NCBI GenBank assembly: GCA_039931675.1
Contig: JBDTRM010000023.1
Span: forward strand, 16,006-80,005
Direction: 5' to 3'
Source: Bacteroidia bacterium
Lineage (GTDB): Bacteria > Bacteroidota > Bacteroidia > AKYH767-A > OLB10
DNA length: 64,000 bases
Shown here: positions 38,517-47,450 of the stretch, piece by piece
How the letters are laid out: the number at the start of each line of letters is the position of its first letter
How positions within the stretch are numbered: the stretch's first letter is position 1
The notes under the pieces: generated by a model
What the model was told of the DNA's origin: nothing
The model's database searches: none
What the model saw: only the letters and a program-made list of their open reading frames with translations
Position numbers and translations under genes: made by a program

Positions 38517-38817
38517 GTTTCAATTTTTTCTTTAGAGTATTTAATCAACAACATTGATAAACAAATGCGATTAAACAACTCTCTTATTTTTTCTCCAATC
38601 AAATAGTATTAAGCTTTCAGTTTTCTTTTGGCGGTTAGTTTCTTAGGTTTTCCTTTACTATTAGCCGATTGCTTTATTATAGTGAATTCACCACCCAACT
38701 TTTCTACAACTTGTTTAATGAGTTCTACATGCTCATCAGGAATATTTGCAATTAATTCTTTCATGTTTTTTTGAATATTATTTTTCTTGAATCAACTTTC
38801 ACTTTGCAAAAATAGGT

Positions 38818-40323
38818 TTACCCCACACTTCCTTCCAAACTTATCGCCAACAACTTTTGTGCTTCAACAGCAAACTCCATGGGCAATTGATTGAACACTT
38901 CTTTGCAATATCCATTGACAATAAGTCCTACTGCATCTTCAGTTTTAATGCCGCGTTGATTGCAATAAAAAATCTGGTCTTCGCCAACCTTGCTGGTGGT
39001 TGCTTCGTGTTCAACTTTTGCAGATTTGTTTGAACATTCCAAATAGGGAAATGTGTGCGCTCCGCATTTATCGCCAAGCAACAAACTATCACACTGTGAA
39101 AAATTTCTTGCATTATCTGCATTCTTATGTATTCGCACCAAACCGCGATAACTGTTATTGCTTTTGCCTCCGCTTATTCCTTTTGAAATGATGGTACTCT
39201 TCGTATTTTTTCCAAGATGTATCATCTTGGTTCCGGTATCGGCTTGCTGCATGTTGTTCGTTACCGCAACAGAATAAAATTCGCCAATCGAATTATCACC
39301 TTTCAAAATTACGCTTGGATATTTCCATGTGATTGCACTTCCCGTTTCAACTTGAGTCCAACTGATTTTTGCATTTTCATGAGCTATGCCGCGCTTGGTA
39401 ACAAAATTATAAATGCCGCCTTTGCCTTCTTTATTTCCTGGATACCAATTCTGTACTGTTGAGTATTTTACTTGTGCATCTTTTAATGAAACTATTTCAA
39501 CTACTGCGGCATGTAACTGATTTTCATCGCGCATGGGTGCAGTGCAACCCTCGAGGTAACTAACATAAGAACCTTCGTCAGCAATAATTAGCGTGCGTTC
39601 AAACTGACCTGTTCCAGCAGAATTTATTCTGAAATAAGTTGATAATTCCATCGGGCAACGAACACCTTTAGGTATGTAACAAAACGAACCGTCACTGAAT
39701 ACTGCTGCATTTAATGAGGCATAATAATTATCGGTATAAGGCACAACGCTTCCCATGTATTTTTTTATCAGTTCGGGATAATCATGTACCGCTTCGCTAA
39801 AAGAACAGAAAATAATTCCAAGTTTAGAAAGCTCTTCACGGAAAGTTGTTTTTACAGAAACGCTGTCAATTACTGCATCCACAGCTACTCCTGCCAAACG
39901 CTTTTGTTCCAGTAATGAAATTCCAAGCTTGTCAAATGTTGCTCTTATTTCGGGGTCGAGTTCATCCAAACTATTCAATTCTTTTTTTGGCTTTGGTGCT
40001 GAATAGTAAATTATATCCTGGAAATCAATTTTTGGATAATGAATATGCGCCCATTCAGGTTCCACCATTTTCAGCCAATGACGAAATGCTTTCAAACGAT
40101 ACTCCAACATAAATTCTGGTTCATTCTTTTTTGCAGAAATGAAACGCACGATGTCTTCGTTCAAACCTTTAGGTGCAAAGTCTGATTGAAAGTCGCTCAC
40201 AAAGCCCCACTTGTATTCGCTTTGCGTTACTTCATCTAATATTTTTAAATCCTCAGTCATTGTTATTCTTTTATTCCTCGTTTGTTCTATTTGGATTGAT
40301 TCTAAACTTTGTGCTATGGGCAA
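38818..40323 (-). CDS. sufB: Fe-S cluster assembly protein SufB
   Basis: 'YKWGF', '[26 protein letters not shown]', '[18 protein letters not shown]', '[24 protein letters not shown]' are SufB hallmarks. Alternative start MTEDLK at 40260. Confidence 0.9.
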   Translation of the reverse strand: MPIAQSLESIQIEQTRNKRITMTEDLKILDEVTQSEYKWGFVSDFQSDFAPKGLNEDIVRFISAKKNEPEFMLEYRLKAFRHWLKMVEPEWAHIHYPKIDFQDIIYYSAPKPKKELNSLDELDPEIRATFDKLGISLLEQKRLAGVAVDAVIDSVSVKTTFREELSKLGIIFCSFSEAVHDYPELIKKYMGSVVPYTDNYYASLNAAVFSDGSFCYIPKGVRCPMELSTYFRINSAGTGQFERTLIIADEGSYVSYLEGCTAPMRDENQLHAAVVEIVSLKDAQVKYSTVQNWYPGNKEGKGGIYNFVTKRGIAHENAKISWTQVETGSAITWKYPSVILKGDNSIGEFYSVAVTNNMQQADTGTKMIHLGKNTKSTIISKGISGGKSNNSYRGLVRIHKNADNARNFSQCDSLLLGDKCGAHTFPYLECSNKSAKVEHEATTSKVGEDQIFYCNQRGIKTEDAVGLIVNGYCKEVFNQLPMEFAVEAQKLLAISLEGSVG

Positions 40324-40441
40324 AAAAATTTTATTGTGATTTATAATTTGTCAATCTCACCCTTGAAACAGATTAAAATTTCCCATTTGTTTATCTTAGA
40401 AATTATTGCTCATGTTTATCTGATATTCGTTGTTTCTAATC

Positions 40442-40513
40442 CTAATTAAGCCCCCAGATAAAGGCGACAATTCCAATTACGCCAGTAGATAAAAATAAAA
40501 TAATTGCTTCCAT
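40442..40513 (-). CDS. mini-ORF 3: 23-aa single-helix hydrophobic peptide (MEAIILFLSTGVIGIVAFIWGLN)
   Basis: One of three tandem paralogous mini-ORFs. Shares the MEA..LF start with mini-ORF 2. Confidence 0.3.
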   Translation of the reverse strand: MEAIILFLSTGVIGIVAFIWGLN

Positions 40514-40516
40514 TTT

Positions 40517-40630
40517 TTATTTGTCTGATGAAATTTTATCACTCGTGTTTGAGTCATAAAAATAGCGAACATAAATGTAGCCTATCGCTCCTGCTATTGC
40601 CAAGAATCCGAATAAATAAACTGCTTCCAT
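40517..40630 (-). CDS. mini-ORF 2: 37-aa single-helix peptide (MEAVYLFGFLAIAGAIGYIYVRYFYD...)
   Basis: Internal start of the 65-aa track ORF. Paralogous to mini-ORFs 1 and 3. Confidence 0.3.
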   Translation of the reverse strand: MEAVYLFGFLAIAGAIGYIYVRYFYDSNTSDKISSDK

Positions 40631-40649
40631 TTTTTCTGTTTGAAAAAGA

Positions 40650-40757
40650 TTATTTGCTTTTTGACTCTTCTTCTCCTTTTTTATCAAAGAAAGATAAATA
40701 GATGTTGATACCAACTGCTATTGCCAGAAGAAATAAGAAGAAAATTAAAGTGTCCAT
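40650..40757 (-). CDS. mini-ORF 1: 35-aa single-helix peptide (MDTLIFFLFLLAIAVGINIYLSFFDKKGEEESKSK)
   Basis: Start codon overlaps the stop of the upstream gene (TAATG). Found by manual translation; below the track cutoff. Confidence 0.3.
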   Translation of the reverse strand: MDTLIFFLFLLAIAVGINIYLSFFDKKGEEESKSK

Positions 40758-40957
40758 TATTTTTTGTTTTTTATATTAAAGAATCTGAATCCAGCTAATG
40801 CAAAAGCTAATGTTACAATAACTCCGATACTTAATATTCCAATTCTTGAAACATCTTCAATTTGAATTACCGAAGCCAAAACAACACCGCCAAATACTAA
40901 CTTTGAAATATCTAATAAATATTTCCCGATTTCATTCCTGGTTTCTTCTTTAGTCAT
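40757..40957 (-). CDS. small membrane protein, function unknown
   Basis: 66 aa with two hydrophobic segments (VFGGVVLASVI, GILSIGVIVTLAFALAGF). Lies between sufA and the mini-ORFs. Confidence 0.35.
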   Translation of the reverse strand: MTKEETRNEIGKYLLDISKLVFGGVVLASVIQIEDVSRIGILSIGVIVTLAFALAGFRFFNIKNKK

Positions 40958-40969
40958 ATCCCAATCTAA

Positions 40970-41296
40970 TTACACCGAAAAACTCTCCCCGCATCCGCAA
41001 GTTCTTGAGGCGTTCGGATTGTTGAACACAAATCCTTTTCCGTTTAAGCCATCACTGAATTCCAATTGTGTTCCTACCAAATACAGGAATGATTTTTTAT
41101 CACACACTATTTTCATTCCCTTATCTTCAAATATTTTATCATCTGTTTTCAGGTTGTTATCGAAATTCAATTCGTAACTCAAACCTGAACACCCTCCACC
41201 TGCAACTCCTACACGCACAAAAAAGGTCTCATCACGTTGTTCTTTATCACGCAAATCCACCAGTTTTTCTTTTGCCTTATCTGTTATCGTTATCAT
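40970..41296 (-). CDS. sufA: Fe-S cluster insertion protein (HesB/IscA/SufA family)
   Basis: 'FFVRVGVAGGGCSGLSY' and C-terminal 'TCGCGESF' are the three conserved Cys of A-type carriers. Confidence 0.8.
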   Translation of the reverse strand: MITITDKAKEKLVDLRDKEQRDETFFVRVGVAGGGCSGLSYELNFDNNLKTDDKIFEDKGMKIVCDKKSFLYLVGTQLEFSDGLNGKGFVFNNPNASRTCGCGESFSV

Positions 41297-41482
41297 TTTC
41301 TGATTGTTAAAAATTATGGTGTAAAGATAGCTATTAATAAGTGTTTTACCAATTTATGAACACGTATAAATAACGGAAATATTCTGCAAAAGTTTAGTTA
41401 AGAGATAAGAGAAATCAGCATTTGTAACCAATAACTAAAAATCAAATCTACTTTTGCGACCTCACTGATAAAATTAAAGGCA

Positions 41483-42523
41483 ATGTTTGAAAATAAAGAA
41501 AACCGCACAGAGTTAGAACAGTTAGGCGAATTTGGATTGATAGAGCACATTGCAAAATCAATCATTATTCGCAATAGCGAAACTAAAAAAGGCATTGGTG
41601 ATGATGCCGCTGTAATTGATAATAAAGGTTATCAAACTGTTGTTACTACCGACCTGTTGCTGGAGGGCGTACACTTCGATTTGACTTATTGCCCTTTGCG
41701 TCATTTGGGCTACAAAGCTGTTGTGGTAAATGTTTCAGACATTTATGCAATGAATGCAATCCCTAAGCAAATTACGGTTGGCCTTGCTCTGTCAAACCGT
41801 TTTTCTTTGGAGGCAATTGAAGAATTGTATGAAGGTATGGAAATGGCATGTGAGAAATATGGTGTTGATTTGGTTGGTGGTGATACTACGACTTCAACAA
41901 GTGGATTGGTGCTGAGCGTTACCGCTATCGGCAAAGCAAAAGAAGACGATTTGGTGTATCGTGATGGAGCCAAGGAAACTGACTTGGTTTGCGTCACAGG
42001 GGATTTAGGTGCAGCATATCTCGGTTTGCAATTGCTTAATCGCGAAAAGCAAGTATATCTTGACAATCCAAAGATGCAACCCGATTTTGCTGGCTACGAT
42101 TATTTATTAGAGCGTCAATTAAAACCCGAAGCACAAAAGGAAATTATTGAACTATTAAAGACCATTGGAGTTAAGCCCACCTCAATGATTGATATCAGCG
42201 ATGGACTTTCCTCAGAATTATATCACATCTGTTCGCAAAGTAAAACAGGTTGCAGAATTTATGAGGAGAAAATTCCCATTGATGTAAAAAGCAATGAGCT
42301 TGCTGAAGAGTTTAATTTGAATCCGTTAACCTGTGCTTTGAATGGTGGCGAAGATTATGAGTTGCTTTTCACAGTTAACATTGGCGACTTTGATAAAATC
42401 AAAAACCAAAAAGACATTCATATTATCGGGCATGTTACCGATGCCCCTTCAGGATTGTTTCTCGTTACCAACAGTAACCAGGAGTTTGAGTTGAAGGCAC
42501 AAGGTTGGGATGGGCTGAAGTAA
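41483..42523 (+). CDS. thiL: thiamine-monophosphate kinase
   Basis: 'GEFGLIEHI...GIGDDAAVID....VVTTDLLLEGVHFD' is the AIR-synthase-related N-terminus typical of ThiL. 346 aa. Confidence 0.8.
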   Translation: MFENKENRTELEQLGEFGLIEHIAKSIIIRNSETKKGIGDDAAVIDNKGYQTVVTTDLLLEGVHFDLTYCPLRHLGYKAVVVNVSDIYAMNAIPKQITVGLALSNRFSLEAIEELYEGMEMACEKYGVDLVGGDTTTSTSGLVLSVTAIGKAKEDDLVYRDGAKETDLVCVTGDLGAAYLGLQLLNREKQVYLDNPKMQPDFAGYDYLLERQLKPEAQKEIIELLKTIGVKPTSMIDISDGLSSELYHICSQSKTGCRIYEEKIPIDVKSNELAEEFNLNPLTCALNGGEDYELLFTVNIGDFDKIKNQKDIHIIGHVTDAPSGLFLVTNSNQEFELKAQGWDGLK

Positions 42524-42598
42524 GTTTGAGTTTTGAATGAGTGAATAAAGAATCCGGGGAAAAAAGCAATTTAATTTAGCTTGACCAAATACAGTCTG

Positions 42599-43087
42599 CT
42601 AATTTTTAATCACAGGCGGCAACTGATTTATTGAATCGGCAGTAACAAACTGGATTGAACTTGTATTTACACAATGGCGGGTTTCTTTATCGGTAAATCC
42701 TTCATTCAAAAAAACATGACCGAGGTGGCCCTGGCAATTGTTACAAATAATTTCTATGCGGCTACCATCAGCATCGGGTACACGTTTAACTGCTCCCGGT
42801 ATTTCATCGTCAAAGCTGGGCCAGCCGCAATGTGAATCAAATTTATCATTTGATTTATAAAGCGGGTTATTGCATCTACGGCATACGTAAATTCCAGAAT
42901 CTTTTTTGTTAGTGTATTCACCTGTGTAAGGTGCATCGGTTGCTTTGTGCAGCAGCACACGTTCTTCCTGCGGAGTGAGCTTATTGTATTCCATATTTTT
43001 TTTATTATTACAACTTAATAATGCTGTTACTAATAACGGTATAAAGCGAGAACTGGTTTTCAAAATTAAAATTTTAATATGATTCAT
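42599..43087 (-). CDS. msrB: peptide-methionine (R)-S-oxide reductase MsrB
   Basis: 'GIYVCRRCNNPLYKSNDKFDSHCGWPSF...RIEIICNNCQGHLGHVF...RHCVNS' with CxxC pairs and catalytic RHC. The long form adds a lipoprotein-like leader (LLSC). Alternative cytoplasmic start MEYNKL at 42994. Confidence 0.85.
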   Translation of the reverse strand: MNHIKILILKTSSRFIPLLVTALLSCNNKKNMEYNKLTPQEERVLLHKATDAPYTGEYTNKKDSGIYVCRRCNNPLYKSNDKFDSHCGWPSFDDEIPGAVKRVPDADGSRIEIICNNCQGHLGHVFLNEGFTDKETRHCVNTSSIQFVTADSINQLPPVIKN

Positions 43088-43093
43088 TATTAC

Positions 43094-43828
43094 TCAACAC
43101 ACAAAAAAGAAATTTTGTTTTGAATGTTTTGCAGCATCAAAGTCAATCAGTTTATCTTTATCAAGAATTTTAATTTCATAACCTATATCCTTCATCATCT
43201 CAAAACAATTTGTTCGGTTTTCGGTGTCCCACAATTCAGCATATACAATAGGTTTGTAAGTCCTCAAAAGCTGCTCTCCACCTTTTAAAACAAAATATTC
43301 AAAATTCTCAACATCAATTTTAATTGCACCTAATGGCTGTTTCATGTTCTTAAATTCAGGGATGCCATCAAGACTTTTCATAGGAACAGTAAATCTTACA
43401 CCTTCATTGTTTTCAGTTATACTTTCATGCACAGCATGACTTAGTCCCTGAAATTTTACATTGTTACGCACGGGCATCACCATTTCCAGTTGACCATTTT
43501 CTGTACCCAATGCGCACTCAATTATTGTTACATTTTTTAATTTAAAGTATTGCAGTACACGCTTTAGTGCTTTCAAATTATCAGGCATGGGTTCGAATGA
43601 GTAAACCTGCGAATCATTAAACTGTTTGGCAAGATACACTGTCATGATACCGATGTTGGCGCCAATATCAAATATGGCAGTTCCAGGCGGAATTAATTTG
43701 AGGAAGTACAGAAAATCACTTTCGTTTTTATCATACTTCAATGTCTTTATCTTAAAAACAGAAAACACAAAAAGATAATTCGAAAATCCAAATAATTTTT
43801 GGAGTATAAGTTTGGCCAGATCTTTCAT
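43094..43828 (-). CDS. FkbM-family SAM-dependent methyltransferase
   Basis: 'IFDIGANIGIMTVYLAKQFNDSQVYSFEPMPDN' glycine-rich SAM motif and overall FkbM-like layout. Confidence 0.6.
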   Translation of the reverse strand: MKDLAKLILQKLFGFSNYLFVFSVFKIKTLKYDKNESDFLYFLKLIPPGTAIFDIGANIGIMTVYLAKQFNDSQVYSFEPMPDNLKALKRVLQYFKLKNVTIIECALGTENGQLEMVMPVRNNVKFQGLSHAVHESITENNEGVRFTVPMKSLDGIPEFKNMKQPLGAIKIDVENFEYFVLKGGEQLLRTYKPIVYAELWDTENRTNCFEMMKDIGYEIKILDKDKLIDFDAAKHSKQNFFFVC

Positions 43829-43865
43829 CGCTATTCAACAGAGGTTTAATTTAGTTTAGTGCCTC

Positions 43866-45041
43866 TTGCGGTTTATTCTAAATTTGCACGCAAAGAAAAA
43901 CATTAATTCACAATACCTGCGGTTGAAAATAGCAATAAATACAAGGCATCTTACCAATAAGGGAATTGACGGTATAGGACGCTTTACTTTCGAAACCTTT
44001 AAAATCATTGTAGAACAGCATCCCGATGTGGAATTTCTTTTTTTGTTTGACAGGGCACATTCGTCTCAATATGTATCATCTGTCAACATAAAACCAATTA
44101 TTGTTTATCCGCCAACTGTGCATCCGTGGCTTATAGATTTCTGGTACAATTATTCATTGCCATTTATATTTACAAAGCATAAGCCTGATCTGTTTGTATC
44201 AACAGATGGGCTGCTTTCATTGCGCACTAAAACAAAACAACTTGCAGTGATACATGATTTAAACTTTGTTCACTATCATGACAAATCAAGTAAGTATAAC
44301 GATTTCTTTCTCAATTTTTATCCCAAAAGTGCAGCCATTGCAAAGCGAATAGCCACAGTGAGCGAATATTCAAAACAGGATATAATTGAGCATTATAAAA
44401 TTGATGAAAATAAAATTGATGTGGTTTGTAACGGAGTATCAGCAGCATACTTTCCGATAGATGATGATAAAAAAAGGCAAGTGAAGATAAAGCTTACAAA
44501 AGGTTGTGACTATTTTATTTTTGTAGGATCGCTTTATGAACGCAAAAACATAAAACGGTTATTAGAAGCCTTTGAAAAATTCAAAACAGATAATGGTACA
44601 AATCATAAATTGGTACTTGCAGGTCGTAAAAGGTGGACGCTAAGCGAAATGGAAGTTTTCTATAATGGGATGCGATTTAAGGATGACATTATTTTTACCG
44701 GCAGATTAAGTGATGAGGAATTGTGCAAAGTATTAGGTGCAGCAACGGCATTAACTTATGTATCATTGTTTGAAGGTTTCGGCATACCAATATTAGAAGC
44801 ATTTCATTGCGATGTGCCTGTAATTACATCCAATACTACTTCGATGCCTGAAGTGGCCGGTGCTGCTGCTATATTAGTAAATCCATTAGATGTGGAAGAA
44901 ATTGCAACTGCCATGCAAGGTATGATCGCAGATGAAGCACTCCGTATTGGTTTAATTGAAAAGGGTCGGGTACAACGTGAAAAATATTCGTGGCAACTCA
45001 GTGCTGATCTGTTATGGAAATCTATAGAAAAGTGTTTTTAG
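43866..45041 (+). CDS. glycosyltransferase family 4 (GT-B, RfaG-like)
   Basis: 'SLFEGFGIPILEAFHCDVPVITSNTTSMPEVAG' is the EX7E-type GT4 C-terminal motif. Confidence 0.7.
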   Translation: MRFILNLHAKKNINSQYLRLKIAINTRHLTNKGIDGIGRFTFETFKIIVEQHPDVEFLFLFDRAHSSQYVSSVNIKPIIVYPPTVHPWLIDFWYNYSLPFIFTKHKPDLFVSTDGLLSLRTKTKQLAVIHDLNFVHYHDKSSKYNDFFLNFYPKSAAIAKRIATVSEYSKQDIIEHYKIDENKIDVVCNGVSAAYFPIDDDKKRQVKIKLTKGCDYFIFVGSLYERKNIKRLLEAFEKFKTDNGTNHKLVLAGRKRWTLSEMEVFYNGMRFKDDIIFTGRLSDEELCKVLGAATALTYVSLFEGFGIPILEAFHCDVPVITSNTTSMPEVAGAAAILVNPLDVEEIATAMQGMIADEALRIGLIEKGRVQREKYSWQLSADLLWKSIEKCF

Positions 45042-45123
45042 AAACATTTGCTTATTTACAGTAAAAAGACAAAACAATATTTCCTGATAATAAGAGTTTA
45101 AGTACTTTGCATTTAGAAAAATT

Positions 45124-47436
45124 ATGAAAACAATACGACTCCTCATTATTATAACATGCTTAGCTTTTTGTTACCAGGTAAAAGCACAGCTTGCTTTAGG
45201 CGAATGGCGTGTGCATTTATCTTATAATGCCACCATTGCAGTTGCTGAATTGAACAACAGAATGTATGCGGCATCAAGAGATGCAGTTTACTATTTTGAT
45301 AAGGATGATAATTCAGTAACGGGAATGTCGAAAGTAAGCGGACTGTCTGATTTCGGTGTAACGGCTATGAATAGCAATCCTTATAATAATGTAGTGGTTA
45401 TCGCTTATACAAGTTCTAACATTGATCTTATTAAGAATGGAAAAATTATCAACCTATCCGATATTAAACGCAAAACTATTTTAGGCGATAAATCTATTCA
45501 CAGCATTTCTTTCTATAAGCAATTTGCATATATATCCTGCGGCTTTGGTATAGTGGTAATAGATACTGAACGCGAAGAAGTAAAAGAAACATATTACCTC
45601 GGCCCCGGTGGCACGTCACTTGATATTTTTGGAACTACTGCTGACGGAACCTATCTTTATGCTGCTGCCGAAGATGGAGTTTACATGGCATCATTAAACG
45701 ATCCGTTTATAGTTAACTCAGCCAACTGGACAAAAACCCTTTCGGCTGTTGCTAATTCAGGCCCGTTTAATCTTATTGCAGCGTTTGCAGGTAAAATTAT
45801 TGTGAGTCATGATTTAAGCGGAGATGATTCATTGTATTATTATTATAATAATTCATGGACTGCTTTACCACATGTGTACAGTTATCATTCAATAAAGCCA
45901 AAAGGAAATGAGCTGATTGTTTCGTCAACTTACAATGCAATTTTTTTTGATACCAACCTTACGTTTACAGGTTATGTTAGCGCTAATGAAATTCCAAACC
46001 TGAATTGCAATGATGCTATAAAAGATAATAGCGGCACACTATGGTTTGCAGATAATGTGCAGGGAATGATAAAATACAACAGTACATCTGATTATGAATC
46101 TATTTTTCCGAATGGGCCTAAGTCACCCAAAACAGCAATTGTAAAAATAGTGAATGACGATCTTTGGGTAGGTCATGCAATACGAAATAATAACTGGCAA
46201 CCGGCTTATTCCACTTCGGGGTTCTCAAATTTTTCGGCAGGTACCTGGCAGACTTTTGATGGTGCAGCACCTAACAATCCTAATTTAAAAATCAGTGACG
46301 TATGGGATCTTGTAGCAACGGCTGTTGATCCGAATAACAGTAAGCATGTTTATTTTGGTTCATGGGGAAGAGGTCTTTTGGAAAGTAATAATGGTGATAT
46401 TTTCCTGTTTGATGCTTCAAATAGCATATTGCATGGCAACCAGTTTGGCGCAGTGCGCGTGGGAGGTTTAGCTTTTGACAATAATAGTAACCTTTGGATA
46501 ACCAATTCAGAAAATGATTCATGTCTGAGGGTAAGATTTGCAAATGGCAATTGGAAATCCTACAAATCAAAAATCATTGACCCGTCTTCCATAATAGCTG
46601 ATATATTGGTGGATGATTACAATCAAAAATGGATTAACGTTTACCGTAAAGGTATTTTAGTTTTTAATGATAATAACACTCCCGATAATTTAAATGATGA
46701 TAAGTGGCGTTTCCTCAATGACCAGGCTGGCAGCGGAAATCTGGCAAGCCCAAGCGTGTTTTGCATGACGAAAGATAAAGACGGACAAATATGGATGGGA
46801 ACGGAAAAAGGTGTCTGTGTTTTTTATGCACCGGGTTCAATTTACAGCACTTCAAATTCGGATGCTCAAAAAATATTAATACAGCAGGATGGATATTATC
46901 AATACTTATTGGAAAAGGAATTTGTAACGGCCATAGCTATTGATGGCGCTAATCGCAAATGGATTGGAACACAATCAGGCGGAGTGTTTTTGATGAGTGC
47001 TGATGGTACAACACAAATTTCAAACTTTAACGAAGATAATAGCCCGTTGCTTTCTAACACCATCATATCAATTGACATAAATGCTACCACCGGTGAAGTT
47101 TTTTTTGGAACTGATCGTGGTGTATGTTCCTATAAAGGTGATGCTATTGAAGGTGGTGAAGGCTGTTCAAATGTATATGTTTATCCAAACCCCATTCGCG
47201 AAACTTACGAAGGGCCTATTGCAATCACAGGATTAGTGAATAACGGTCGTGTGAAAATTACGGATGTAAGCGGTCATCTCGTTTATGAAACGAATGCACT
47301 TGGCGGACAAGCTATATGGGATGGAAGAAAATTTGACGGTAACAGGGCGCACACAGGAGTGTATCTTGTTTTATGCAGCGATGATGACGGAACTAATACC
47401 TGCATCACAAAAATGCTTTTAATAAGCAGCAAGTAA
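45124..47436 (+). CDS. two-propeller secreted protein with T9SS C-terminal domain (PorZ-like)
   Basis: 770 aa. Signal peptide. Many two-component-regulator-propeller-like repeats (W..T..G....). C-terminal 'VYVYPNPIRET...GVYLVLCSDDDGTNTCITKMLLISSK'. Size and architecture match PorZ of P. gingivalis. Inferred only. Confidence 0.45.
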   Translation: MKTIRLLIIITCLAFCYQVKAQLALGEWRVHLSYNATIAVAELNNRMYAASRDAVYYFDKDDNSVTGMSKVSGLSDFGVTAMNSNPYNNVVVIAYTSSNIDLIKNGKIINLSDIKRKTILGDKSIHSISFYKQFAYISCGFGIVVIDTEREEVKETYYLGPGGTSLDIFGTTADGTYLYAAAEDGVYMASLNDPFIVNSANWTKTLSAVANSGPFNLIAAFAGKIIVSHDLSGDDSLYYYYNNSWTALPHVYSYHSIKPKGNELIVSSTYNAIFFDTNLTFTGYVSANEIPNLNCNDAIKDNSGTLWFADNVQGMIKYNSTSDYESIFPNGPKSPKTAIVKIVNDDLWVGHAIRNNNWQPAYSTSGFSNFSAGTWQTFDGAAPNNPNLKISDVWDLVATAVDPNNSKHVYFGSWGRGLLESNNGDIFLFDASNSILHGNQFGAVRVGGLAFDNNSNLWITNSENDSCLRVRFANGNWKSYKSKIIDPSSIIADILVDDYNQKWINVYRKGILVFNDNNTPDNLNDDKWRFLNDQAGSGNLASPSVFCMTKDKDGQIWMGTEKGVCVFYAPGSIYSTSNSDAQKILIQQDGYYQYLLEKEFVTAIAIDGANRKWIGTQSGGVFLMSADGTTQISNFNEDNSPLLSNTIISIDINATTGEVFFGTDRGVCSYKGDAIEGGEGCSNVYVYPNPIRETYEGPIAITGLVNNGRVKITDVSGHLVYETNALGGQAIWDGRKFDGNRAHTGVYLVLCSDDDGTNTCITKMLLISSK

Positions 47437-47450
47437 ACTAAGCAAATTTA

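Noticed and set aside
40504-40701. Plus-strand 65-aa ORF across the mini-ORF region
   Set aside because: The minus-strand reading gives three paralogous peptides with shared start motifs and tight stop/start spacing. The plus-strand ORF is the antisense artefact.
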